Source: a virus. From it: a stretch of 64,000 nt of DNA. Numbering within the stretch: the stretch's first letter is position 1; each line of letters opens with the position of its first letter. Below, piece after piece: positions 27,579 to 37,004 of this stretch. Where the stretch lies: positions 45,229-109,228 of the IMG/VR virus record IMGVR_UViG_3300023210_000015. One strand, written 5' to 3'. The translations under genes and the position numbers were made by a program. Below the pieces are notes generated by a model. That model made no database searches and was not told where the DNA came from. It was given only the letters and a program-made list of their open reading frames with translations.

Positions 27579-29303
27579 ATGCATAAAAGAAAAATATTCA
27601 ACTTTGAATCTGTTATTTTAGATCATTTAACTATAGAAAAAGAAGGATATCCTCCTGTTCAATATAGTAATGGTTCTGCGAAATTTATTTGGGCCACCTG
27701 TAGATATTGCGGTGAACCTCATCGTTTGCGTAAATGTTTTTTCTATAGAAGCGGATCAGCATGTCACAAAGAGTGTAGAATAGAAGAACAGAAACAACAA
27801 GTGTCTCCATTCGCTGATAAAAAAGTTAGGAAAAAAGCCGAAGAAACTAATCTCAAAAAATATGGAGTTAAACATGCTGCCTCTAATCCTAAAATTCGTT
27901 CTAAAATTTCTAAAACTAAAAAAACTGAATTTTCTAAAAACAAAACGAAGCAAACGAATTTACAAAAATATGGTGTTGAAAATGTATTTCAAAATCCTGA
28001 AATAAAAAACAAAATAGCTGCTACTAACAAAAAACGCTATGGATACAAATCTCCTATTCAAAACCAGTCAATCATGGATAAAATACAAAAAACTAATCTC
28101 AATAAATTTGGTTTTATCAATCCAATGCAGAATGATGTCGTAAAAGAAAAAGCCGTAGCAACCAGTATGGACAGATATAATAAACCAAATCCTATGCAAA
28201 ATGCAAAAATTGCCAAACAAACATCTATTTCTCTTAAAACAACTATAAAAAATAATGTTTCTGGTAATTATAATTTAATCAATTTGTTGCGCGGTAAATC
28301 CTTTTGGAGTATGTTAAAAAAAGAAGATATAACGTTATTAGAAATATGTGATTATTTTAATATAAATTATGGCAGCTTAACTGCCCACTTAGTTCAAGAT
28401 GAATTTAAAAATAAATATTACAGTATTTACTCTTTCCCAACGCAGCAAAAACAAAAAGAATTAATCAATTGTATTAAAAAAATGGGGATACGCGATAATC
28501 AAATTATAATTAACACCAGAAAAGTAATTTCTCCTCTAGAACTTGACATATATATACCTCATTTAAATGTGGCTATAGAATTCAATGGAAGTTATTGGCA
28601 TTCAGAAGCAATTCTTTCTTCTATAGAGGCTAGAAATAAACACATACATAAAACGAAATTATGCCGAGATAAAGGAATATTTTTATTACATATCTTTGAG
28701 AATAATTGGCATCAGAAAAAACAACAACTATTGAACTATATAAAGTCCAAACTGGGTCTAAATCAAAATAGAATCGCGGCCAGAAAATGTACGATAGATC
28801 ATACGAATGCTAAAGATTTTATCGACACTAATCATATACAGGGGTATGGTCGTGGAACAATAAAATATTTCAATTTGAGATATGACGGAAAAATTATTGG
28901 CAGCATGACAGCTTCGTTGCATCACAGACAAAAAGACGCTAATGTTATTTTAAATAGACTTTGTTTCTGTAGTGATACGACTATACAAGGAGGAGGGCGT
29001 AGGCTATTTAAGTATTTTGAACTTTGGGCACGAGAACAAAATTATAAAAATATTATATCGTGGTCAGATAATAGTTGGACTGACGGTAACATATATCCTA
29101 TTTTGGGATTTAAAAAAGAGCATGCATATGGACCTGATTATTTTTACTGGGATATAAAAAGTAAAAAATATTTCTCTAAACAATCTAAACAAAAGAGTAA
29201 AATTGGTTGTCCAAAAGATATGACGGAACATGAATATTGTATGCAGATGGGTCTTTACAGAATTTGGGATTGCGGAAAAATTCGTTGGATATATGATTTG
29301 TAA
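27579..29303 (+). CDS. free-standing homing endonuclease (PD-(D/E)xK, Hef-like) with 'TNLxKYGV' repeats and a GNAT-like C-terminus
   Basis: ELDIYIP..NVAIEFNGSYWHS; repeats TNLKKYGV/TNLQKYGVEN/TNKKRYG; ends RIWDCGK.RW. Confidence 0.8.
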   Translation: MHKRKIFNFESVILDHLTIEKEGYPPVQYSNGSAKFIWATCRYCGEPHRLRKCFFYRSGSACHKECRIEEQKQQVSPFADKKVRKKAEETNLKKYGVKHAASNPKIRSKISKTKKTEFSKNKTKQTNLQKYGVENVFQNPEIKNKIAATNKKRYGYKSPIQNQSIMDKIQKTNLNKFGFINPMQNDVVKEKAVATSMDRYNKPNPMQNAKIAKQTSISLKTTIKNNVSGNYNLINLLRGKSFWSMLKKEDITLLEICDYFNINYGSLTAHLVQDEFKNKYYSIYSFPTQQKQKELINCIKKMGIRDNQIIINTRKVISPLELDIYIPHLNVAIEFNGSYWHSEAILSSIEARNKHIHKTKLCRDKGIFLLHIFENNWHQKKQQLLNYIKSKLGLNQNRIAARKCTIDHTNAKDFIDTNHIQGYGRGTIKYFNLRYDGKIIGSMTASLHHRQKDANVILNRLCFCSDTTIQGGGRRLFKYFELWAREQNYKNIISWSDNSWTDGNIYPILGFKKEHAYGPDYFYWDIKSKKYFSKQSKQKSKIGCPKDMTEHEYCMQMGLYRIWDCGKIRWIYDL

Positions 29304-29498
29304 AAGAGAAGTCATATAGTTTAGATCGTAAATAGTGTTAATCACTTCAGATATAGTTATTCTTAATCATTTTTTACACATCCATTTCCGATATATAGAT
29401 AAAGGATTTCGTCTTATTTCGCAATATTAATAACTAATCAAAGAAAATGGTGAACTACATATGGACCCTAACAAAATTAAGTATGAGAGTAATAACTA

Positions 29499-29783
29499 AT
29501 GACTGAATTAACTACGCAAGTGATAACAGCAGCGACAGTGAAAGACGTAAGCGATGCGATAGTTTCGGTTGCAACGGTTCCGCGTACCATCGAACTTCGC
29601 ACGCGGGACGATGTGCGAATCACGGCTGAAAGCGGCCGAATGGGGCATCGTCACGCTCGACTCCTCAAGGAGCGTCTGGTTGCTGCCGGGTATAGATGTT
29701 ACGGCCCCGGATGCGTGAACCGCTCGTTCACGGTCGTCGCCAAGAAGCCTCTGCCCGTCGCAGTGGTTGAGGAGATCGGGTAA
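29499..29783 (+). CDS. hypothetical protein at the left edge of the GC-rich segment
   Basis: Coupled (TAATG) to the next gene. Confidence 0.5.
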   Translation: MTELTTQVITAATVKDVSDAIVSVATVPRTIELRTRDDVRITAESGRMGHRHARLLKERLVAAGYRCYGPGCVNRSFTVVAKKPLPVAVVEEIG

Positions 29784-31831
29784 TGGCCAACAAGGAATGG
29801 GTGCCTGCCGACGACAACTGGGCATTGGCGACCAACTACACGGGCGGGGTTGCCCCCGTTACCACCGACACGATCCAGCACACGCTCGCCACGCGAACCG
29901 CCCCCGCCACGAATCTCCCGGCGTCGGGGACGTACAACTACGAATTCGTCGATGCGGTCAACAGCTACGAAGTAGACATCTCGGCCTTCGATGCAGGTGC
30001 GGCAGTCGGGACGATCCTGTTCTCGACTCTGGATGGGTATATCGTCATCGAGGAAGCTACTGGAACGCTGACCTCGACGCTGGGCCAGTTCGACCTGAAT
30101 GGTGCTAATGCGTATGTCGTTGTCCTCAACGGTGCGGATGCAAGCGTAGTCGCCCACGAGGGGGCGACGGTTCAGTCGATCACGGACGGTGGGGCTGGTG
30201 GTACGATTTATGGAACGGCCGACGAGTCCTTCACGATCATCGACGCCCTGACCACCGGGACGATGGATGTACTGCTCGACTCTGGTAGCGAACTCATCAC
30301 CACGGGCGGGGCGACGATCTCCAACACGTCCACGCTCCAGATGCTCGACGACAGTGGCAACGACAACATAATGATCACGGGCGACCTGACCATCGCCAGC
30401 GGCGGGACGTTTGACTGGTCGATTCTCGCTGCTGCCCAGATCGTGACCGTGGATGGGAACTTGGTCGTCGCGGGAGTATGGACAGGTTCAGTGGAAGCTG
30501 GGGCGTATCTGATCGTCACTGGCAACCTTCACTACGCGAGTGCCACAGGCGAAACAAACGTCCATGTCAAGATGACGGGAAGTGGGAAGACCATCAACGG
30601 GGCGAGGTACAACCATCACCCCGGCTCTCTGACCTTCGTTGCAGGGTCCAGCGTCGAGGTTACGGCCACCACCTACGCAGATGTCATAGCGTCGGAGGTC
30701 GGGTCAACGGTCACGGGTTCGTCCCTTCTCTATGTCGAGTACATGGGCAACAACTCGCTCGATCTTCAGGGCGACGTTTCCGCTCCCGTTAGGATCAGGC
30801 CGTCCAGCTCTCGGTCTAACACAGGGCGGGTTCACACGACCGGCGTGTGTACCATCACGGGCCGGGATACGACATGGACTTGCAGTGGGGTATGGGACTG
30901 CGGCGAAACGATTATCGAGGGCGATGACACTGACAACGAGTATGGCAAGCTTACCCTGACCGGGGCGAGTGCTTCGCTTGGCGATTTGACTCTGGGCAAA
31001 GCCGCCGACATCAATCGGCATGGAATTCTTGATGTAAGTGGCGTCAGCGGTGCGGTGTCGATTGGTGATCTCGTTGATGCTGCGGGCGGCTCGTCGGCTC
31101 TTGCTCTCGGTGCGAAGGAAATCACACTCGGTGGGGACTGGGACGGGACGAACATCGCCGTGACGGGCAGCGGGACCGTAACGGGTGACAACACCATGAC
31201 CATCGACAACATGGGCGACCCTGGGGCGGTTATAACTGTCTTGGGCGGCGTGACGGACGGAGGGTCGAATCACGAGAACTGGATATTTGCTCAACCTACT
31301 CCACCAATACCAGTAGTTCCTAAAGTGACTACAATAACGAGTAGTGTTATAAACAGAATAGGCTCAACTGATATAGCCGCTGTTAGAAATAACAATTATG
31401 ATTATATGATCAATGTAGTATTGGCTTCTTCTGTTGGTTTCTCTGCAACTACGAATAAGTTAAGTCTATATGGATACCCTCTGTCATTGATGGAAAGAGG
31501 AGGGAATTATGCTCTTAACGTGATATCTAAAAATGATGTACTTGTAACAGATAATACATATGTTTATAACGGCGTAAGATATATGCTCTTTAATTATGGC
31601 GGCAACAATGTTTATGCCATCAATAATGTTTCTGGTTCTTCTGTAGCGACTAATTCTACAATGTGGCATGGTGTTCCTGTCTCAATCAATTCAGACAATT
31701 CAATGGTGATGGTTGATAAAAGAGATGTAGTAACAGATGAAACAGCACAATTGATGATGGGTGGAGTTCCAATTCTGATCGGAAGGATTGATAACGATTG
31801 GCATTTGATAGTAGGCAAGAACAATAGTTAA
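29783..31831 (+). CDS. chimeric virion surface/fibre-like protein: GC-rich beta-helix-like N-terminus plus AT-rich C-terminus
   Basis: Gly/Thr/Val-rich repeats (GDLTIASGGT, GNLVVAG, GDLTLG); Pro linker QPTPPIPVVP at the composition switch. Confidence 0.6.
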   Translation: MANKEWVPADDNWALATNYTGGVAPVTTDTIQHTLATRTAPATNLPASGTYNYEFVDAVNSYEVDISAFDAGAAVGTILFSTLDGYIVIEEATGTLTSTLGQFDLNGANAYVVVLNGADASVVAHEGATVQSITDGGAGGTIYGTADESFTIIDALTTGTMDVLLDSGSELITTGGATISNTSTLQMLDDSGNDNIMITGDLTIASGGTFDWSILAAAQIVTVDGNLVVAGVWTGSVEAGAYLIVTGNLHYASATGETNVHVKMTGSGKTINGARYNHHPGSLTFVAGSSVEVTATTYADVIASEVGSTVTGSSLLYVEYMGNNSLDLQGDVSAPVRIRPSSSRSNTGRVHTTGVCTITGRDTTWTCSGVWDCGETIIEGDDTDNEYGKLTLTGASASLGDLTLGKAADINRHGILDVSGVSGAVSIGDLVDAAGGSSALALGAKEITLGGDWDGTNIAVTGSGTVTGDNTMTIDNMGDPGAVITVLGGVTDGGSNHENWIFAQPTPPIPVVPKVTTITSSVINRIGSTDIAAVRNNNYDYMINVVLASSVGFSATTNKLSLYGYPLSLMERGGNYALNVISKNDVLVTDNTYVYNGVRYMLFNYGGNNVYAINNVSGSSVATNSTMWHGVPVSINSDNSMVMVDKRDVVTDETAQLMMGGVPILIGRIDNDWHLIVGKNNS

Positions 31832-32088
31832 TGAAAACGATTGAAACACAAAATTACAAAACGGGAAGTCGATTGGCTTTCTTAGAAAAGCTGTCTAAGG
31901 AAGCCCAACTCAACGTCTTAGAAAAAAAAAACTTAGAAGAATCATTGCCTTGGATCGAAAACGCTATACTTAAAATTGATGAAGCTTTAAAAAGTCATAA
32001 TTATGGCTTCAAATACCATCTTCTCAAATTGCGCAGAAAAGCTCTATTAAAAGAATATAGATTAATTAGACAACTCCTTAACAGATAA
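31831..32088 (+). CDS. small hypothetical protein
   Basis: Coupled ORF; SKEAQ motif. Confidence 0.55.
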   Translation: MKTIETQNYKTGSRLAFLEKLSKEAQLNVLEKKNLEESLPWIENAILKIDEALKSHNYGFKYHLLKLRRKALLKEYRLIRQLLNR

Positions 32089-32144
32089 CAACATATCTTT
32101 ATCTTTTGTCCTCTTAAGCCGAATATATATGTGAAAGCAGAAAG

Positions 32145-33566
32145 ATGAAATTCATTAATACCAGCAAAAACACTGTCTATTTAGATGATATAGATAGAGA
32201 CATCCCATTCTTAGAAGATATGTCTCCACAGTTTATCTCTTTGCAAGATGCGAAAAAATCTGCTGGATTTAGAAAGCTTGTTAAGTTAAATTATTTTGAG
32301 ATTACACAACATAATAATTCTTTATTTGAAAGAAATCTTGTTAAAACGCAAAAGAAAGGCAAAGAGATGTTAAAACTCATTCCCAAAGAGAAGAAGAACG
32401 AAATCACTCAAAAAGACAAGACAGAAACGAGTAAAGATCAAATAGAAGTAAGACTGAGAGGTAATTTTTATGAACTAGGGGGCTACGCAAAAGTCAATAG
32501 AAATTTAGCATTCATGTTACACAACTCAGGATGTAAAGTGCATATAGACCCAGTTAATAAGAAATCAAATCAATTATGTGAAGATGAATTAAGGGCATTA
32601 TCACAGATCAATAGTGAAGTTAGCAAAAACGCAATTGTAATCGAAAGTGTGATTCCGACATTCAGTGATGCAGTGTGCGGTAAATATAGGATACTATATA
32701 CCACAATAGAAGCGTATACAGTTCCTCAACAGTTTCTAGAGATAGCCAGAACGTACAGAGAAATATGGGTAACATCTGACTTCTGTAAAAAAGTGTTAGA
32801 GGATCATAACTTGGATAGGCCAATTTATGTTGTGCCTGATTCTATAGATACTGATTTGTATACGGCAGAACACAACGAATATGAGTTTAAACCCAAATTA
32901 AATGATTTTGTTTTTCTGAGCGTATTTGGGTGGAGTTACAGAAAAGGTTATGACACACTGTTGAAGGCATATCTGTCTGAGTTTAGTGGGGATGATGATG
33001 TTTCGCTATTGATCGTTAGTAGGAATCATCTTGGAATGGGTAAAGACGAAGTAATTAAAGAAACAATAGAAAAATTTATTAATGAGTATGGTGGTGATAA
33101 TCCGCCACATATCGCTCGTTGTAGCAAAATGATACCAGAATCTATGATGCCAAGTATTTATGCTGCATGTGATGCTTTCGTTTTGTTCTCACGGGGAGAA
33201 GGGTTCGGTCTTCCGTTTTGTGAGAGTTCATTGTGTGGATTGCCAGTTATAGCAAGTGATTGTTCTGGTCAATCAATGTTTTTGAAGAAAAACAACTCTT
33301 GCTTAATTGATGTGGATGAAATAGCAGAGATGCAAGCTGGTAGAATGCAAGTACATTATTGGGATGGGCAAAAATTCCCGATGTTAAATAGTGAAAAAAC
33401 CATTGAACAGGCAAAGAAGGCTATGCGATACGTATATTACAATTATGATGCGGCAAGTGATAAAAATGACATACTGAGAGACTATATTGCCGACAATTAT
33501 AGTATGAAGGCCGTTGCGAAAGTTGTTAATGCACGGTTATCAGAGATTTGGAGAAAAATATCATGA
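32145..33566 (+). CDS. GT-B glycosyltransferase (GT4-like) with an extra N-terminal domain
   Basis: GGYAKV.R, EIWVTS.F, RKGYD.LL.AY..EF, DAFVL.SRGEGFGLP..E...CGLPVI. Confidence 0.88.
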   Translation: MKFINTSKNTVYLDDIDRDIPFLEDMSPQFISLQDAKKSAGFRKLVKLNYFEITQHNNSLFERNLVKTQKKGKEMLKLIPKEKKNEITQKDKTETSKDQIEVRLRGNFYELGGYAKVNRNLAFMLHNSGCKVHIDPVNKKSNQLCEDELRALSQINSEVSKNAIVIESVIPTFSDAVCGKYRILYTTIEAYTVPQQFLEIARTYREIWVTSDFCKKVLEDHNLDRPIYVVPDSIDTDLYTAEHNEYEFKPKLNDFVFLSVFGWSYRKGYDTLLKAYLSEFSGDDDVSLLIVSRNHLGMGKDEVIKETIEKFINEYGGDNPPHIARCSKMIPESMMPSIYAACDAFVLFSRGEGFGLPFCESSLCGLPVIASDCSGQSMFLKKNNSCLIDVDEIAEMQAGRMQVHYWDGQKFPMLNSEKTIEQAKKAMRYVYYNYDAASDKNDILRDYIADNYSMKAVAKVVNARLSEIWRKIS

Positions 33567-34297
33567 TAGTGTTGCTAGATACAGAACGTTTATTGATTAA
33601 AATATATTCTGATTCAGGTTTACAAACATTAGCTTTTGATCAAGCGGACGCTTTGAAAGAAATGACAAAGCGTGGAGAAAAAATTCTATATGTAACGAAT
33701 GGTATAGCGACTACGGCAGATCAGGTAGTCGATACTGTTGCGTCTTTTATGGAAGGTCGCGCTGCTAATATGAGGCAATCTAATGAGCCATTGTTTTTGC
33801 GAAGTACATTGCCAGGATCAATGAATATCCCCGGAATTTATAACGTATGTTCTAAAAAGAGAGAAGATTTAATCTTTAATAATCCTTTTGATGCCAAAGC
33901 AATTGAGGAAGTATTTAGAGATTACGGCAAAGATGTGTTTAAGAAAAATAGAACTATGCGTTCTTTGCTCAAAAAAGGCAAATTGCAAATTATCGCCGAA
34001 AGCGAATTAGAGGATATGGAAGCTCGATACAAAAGAGGAGATTTGAAAATATCCATGAGTCGTGCAGATCAGCTCAAACACCTTAAAACGATGACAAAAG
34101 AAGAGGCAGAAAACTCTTCAGCTTTGGAAGGAGATGTTAAGGCTGGTGGGCCTATCAGCGTACCAAGACAGGGTGATATGGGATCACACGAAAGAAGCAT
34201 GGTTGGTGAAGGCGGTATGGATATAGATCGAGATGTTATGAGCGGAAAAACATTAGATAATTTTGTTGATACATTAGTAGATAGATATGTACAATAA
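33563..34297 (+). CDS. hypothetical protein
   Basis: GGAG RBS; ATGA overlap with the upstream gene. Confidence 0.55.
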   Translation: MIVLLDTERLLIKIYSDSGLQTLAFDQADALKEMTKRGEKILYVTNGIATTADQVVDTVASFMEGRAANMRQSNEPLFLRSTLPGSMNIPGIYNVCSKKREDLIFNNPFDAKAIEEVFRDYGKDVFKKNRTMRSLLKKGKLQIIAESELEDMEARYKRGDLKISMSRADQLKHLKTMTKEEAENSSALEGDVKAGGPISVPRQGDMGSHERSMVGEGGMDIDRDVMSGKTLDNFVDTLVDRYVQ

Positions 34298-35031
34298 TGA
34301 AAATATTACTTATACATTTAGGGACTCAAAGCGAATGTTTTATCGCCACAAGTTTAATCAAGGGTCTTAAAAAGGCATATAATGATGCGGATATTTATTG
34401 TGTTGTTAAAAATACAGAAACAGAATCTATTTTCAAATACAATAAAAATATCAAAAAGACATATACAATTAAAAATGTTCCAGTAGAGTTCACAAGAATG
34501 CATTTTGACAAAGTGATTAACTTACATCCTGATTTTTCTACTGAAGAACATTTTGACCCCAAAAGCACAGAAAAACTAGGTTTTGATTTTGGTGAGGGTA
34601 CGGCAAAGATATATGGTTTTTTATATGAACGCAAAAAGACTAATAAAAACATATTCCAATTGTATTATAGATTAGCTGGGCTAAAGTGGCGAGGCGAAGG
34701 ATATAGTTTTTCATATTATCCTAAAGCAAGAACAAAAAAATATACGACTGGAATTGCCGTTGTAAATGCTAATTTGAAAAGTTATGTTGTAGACAAACTG
34801 AAATTAGATTTGTCGAAAATATGGAATATTCCATATAAGAAAAATATACACAAAAAGTTAGACGAGATCAACAGATGCCCGTCTATTGTGACTGATGATT
34901 TTTTCACATTGAACTTGGCACTGTATTTAAGGAAAAATGTTTACTTTCTTGAAACAGCACCTATTAATATGCAAATAGAGTTGTTTGGAAGTGGTAAAAT
35001 ATTCAAAGTTCCACTTGAAATTGTTAGATAA
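34297..35031 (+). CDS. divergent GT9 (heptosyltransferase-like) protein
   Basis: MKILLIHLG......ATSLI.GLKK.Y, FDKVINL, IVTDD...LNLAL.L.K and IELFG.G resemble the GT9 pattern; short and divergent. Confidence 0.55.
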   Translation: MKILLIHLGTQSECFIATSLIKGLKKAYNDADIYCVVKNTETESIFKYNKNIKKTYTIKNVPVEFTRMHFDKVINLHPDFSTEEHFDPKSTEKLGFDFGEGTAKIYGFLYERKKTNKNIFQLYYRLAGLKWRGEGYSFSYYPKARTKKYTTGIAVVNANLKSYVVDKLKLDLSKIWNIPYKKNIHKKLDEINRCPSIVTDDFFTLNLALYLRKNVYFLETAPINMQIELFGSGKIFKVPLEIVR

Positions 35032-35035
35032 TTTT

Positions 35036-35812
35036 ATGTCAATTAATATATTCTCTATAGATAAAAAAGATACCGTAAAAGCCGTTAAACGCCCTGTAAG
35101 CTATCAGCCTAGTGTGTTCGGAGCAGAAGACGTTTTTACGGGAAAAGGCGTCCAGGTGGCAATTGTGGGGACTGGATTGCCCATATATCATGGGTTTAAC
35201 ACCATTTCAGAGTTTGAGGTCGCCATCGAAGAAGCAGACACCCCAAATGACGAATTAGGGGCTACTACAGCCATCGCAGGGCTTATCGCAGCGAATGGGA
35301 AACAAGACTTAAAGGGTATTGCTCCATCTACGAAAATATTGTGCGTTAAGTCATTTTATAAAGATTATTCCAGTGATGTTTCAACTATTGCGGCATCTAT
35401 TCTGTGGGCGATAGTCAAAAAGGTAGATATCCTTGTTCTGCCGTTTGAATTCGATACAAATAACCAATTGATAAAAGATTCTCTTAAAAAAGCGTATAGA
35501 AATAACATAATCATTTTGACTCTTCCCACGAATAAAGCCAAAAGATGTCAAGAAGTGATATCTGTTGATACCCACTTTAAAAAGGGCTGTTTTGGAGAAT
35601 TAAGGGGAGTTAAAAACATTTCAGTAAGTTGTTCTACTAGGCGAAAACTTTCTGCTTATGATGTAGAGGGTTTCGTAAGAATGGACAACAATATCGCTGC
35701 TTTGTCTTTAATCGCAGGATTAGTGTCCACATTGGTCGAAAAGAGCAAAAAAGAAGGATCAAGAGATGCTCGTCAATTCGTTATGAAAGAACTTCGAAAT
35801 TTATCTAAATAA
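35036..35812 (+). CDS. degenerate subtilisin-like (S8) protein, catalytic residues apparently lost
   Basis: TGKGVQVAIVGTG, D..GATT.IAGLIAA, GIAP...I..VK, I.WAI...VDI; no GTSM motif. Confidence 0.7.
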   Translation: MSINIFSIDKKDTVKAVKRPVSYQPSVFGAEDVFTGKGVQVAIVGTGLPIYHGFNTISEFEVAIEEADTPNDELGATTAIAGLIAANGKQDLKGIAPSTKILCVKSFYKDYSSDVSTIAASILWAIVKKVDILVLPFEFDTNNQLIKDSLKKAYRNNIIILTLPTNKAKRCQEVISVDTHFKKGCFGELRGVKNISVSCSTRRKLSAYDVEGFVRMDNNIAALSLIAGLVSTLVEKSKKEGSRDARQFVMKELRNLSK

Positions 35813-35876
35813 ACGGCAAGGAAAATGCCATTATCTTTTGAATATTAAAAAGGTGGTTTATTAAAGGATTCATTCT

Positions 35877-36878
35877 ATGGCAATAAGCGCAATAGCAGAT
35901 TTTCAAGGAACATGGGTACAAGGTACATCTAGCTCTCTATTAATCCGAATCACGGATTTTGAAGGTTTTCCTATCGATCCAGAAGATATTGTTGTATCTA
36001 TAGACACGGCTGGCGGTACAGCAGTATTGACAAATGTAATTCCTGAAAAAGTGGAAATCGGTTTCTACGTTTATGAGTGGGAAATTCCTGCAAATCAAAT
36101 TGTTGGTCAATATGATGTAACATGGGAATTCACCACAGAAGATGGTCCACAAACTGAACTACAAGAGATTGTTGTTGTAGCTGATGGAGAAAATTCTGAT
36201 ATCTATAGTGGTAGACCTGGCGATTTATTGCGTAATCTAGAATATAGAATCGCATGTGCCCAAAACATACCAGTTTATTACGAACAGTGCAAACCTTCTC
36301 AAGACAAAAGAACCTACTACTGCACTTTTCCAAGATGGAATCAAACTCCTGGAATTCGCGTATATCGTAATAAGACGAATATGATGACTACAGATGATAT
36401 GGGAGTTGACTATTCTAATGGTAGAATCGTGTTTAATGAAACACTGACTCAATATGACGAAGTGTATGTGGACTATAATTTTAGATGGTTTACGGGAGAA
36501 GAATTGAATCAGTTTCTCAGAGATGCTGTGGGAGAATTAAATCTATATCCAGGTGTTACGGATTACAATCTCAATTCGTTCCCGGATAGATGGACAAAGG
36601 CTATCGTCCTGTCTGCTGCTGTAGATGCGTTAAGAAAAATCATGCTTTGTTTGAACTTCCAACAGCCTGCACAGGTATTCGGCGGAACAGAAGCTGCCGG
36701 TGAAAAATTCTCTAATTTTGACACGCTAAAGAAAAACTATGAAGAAGAAGTAACAAAAATGCTAGAGCAGAAAAAGTATGGCCCATACCCAAGAACTAAT
36801 GCTATCGTTGTGCCTGAATATACCCTACCTGGTGGACGCTCGCGTTGGTTTCGTTACCTCTTTTCCTCAGGTGTCTAA
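35877..36878 (+). CDS. virion structural protein, probable neck/head-tail adaptor with an Ig-like N-terminus
   Basis: G.YVYEW.IP....G.Y.VTW pattern; VDYSNGRIVF; RWFT.EEL..FL helical adaptor-like part. Confidence 0.55.
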   Translation: MAISAIADFQGTWVQGTSSSLLIRITDFEGFPIDPEDIVVSIDTAGGTAVLTNVIPEKVEIGFYVYEWEIPANQIVGQYDVTWEFTTEDGPQTELQEIVVVADGENSDIYSGRPGDLLRNLEYRIACAQNIPVYYEQCKPSQDKRTYYCTFPRWNQTPGIRVYRNKTNMMTTDDMGVDYSNGRIVFNETLTQYDEVYVDYNFRWFTGEELNQFLRDAVGELNLYPGVTDYNLNSFPDRWTKAIVLSAAVDALRKIMLCLNFQQPAQVFGGTEAAGEKFSNFDTLKKNYEEEVTKMLEQKKYGPYPRTNAIVVPEYTLPGGRSRWFRYLFSSGV

Positions 36879-36935
36879 AAATACATCGCTTATGGCTCGG
36901 AAACTGCCATTTCCATCATCTCATATAACTATCAC

Positions 36936-36963
36936 TAAAGTTTTTCTCTACTCGTACCGATAA
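36936..36963 (+). promoter_or_regulatory. TAAA-N16-ACCGATAA (sigma28-like) promoter; representative of the CCGAWA class
   Basis: Related -10 boxes at 29387, 32118, 48563, 51500, 55932, 61844 (+) and 43387-43394 (-). Confidence 0.55.
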
Positions 36964-37004
36964 CATATATATATAGGGACTATAATGTAATCAAAGGAGA
37001 AAAT

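Noticed and set aside
29520-31290. IS element or diversity-generating retroelement cassette
   Set aside because: No transposase, terminal repeats, reverse transcriptase or template/variable repeat pair. The many alternative-frame ORFs here reflect high GC content.
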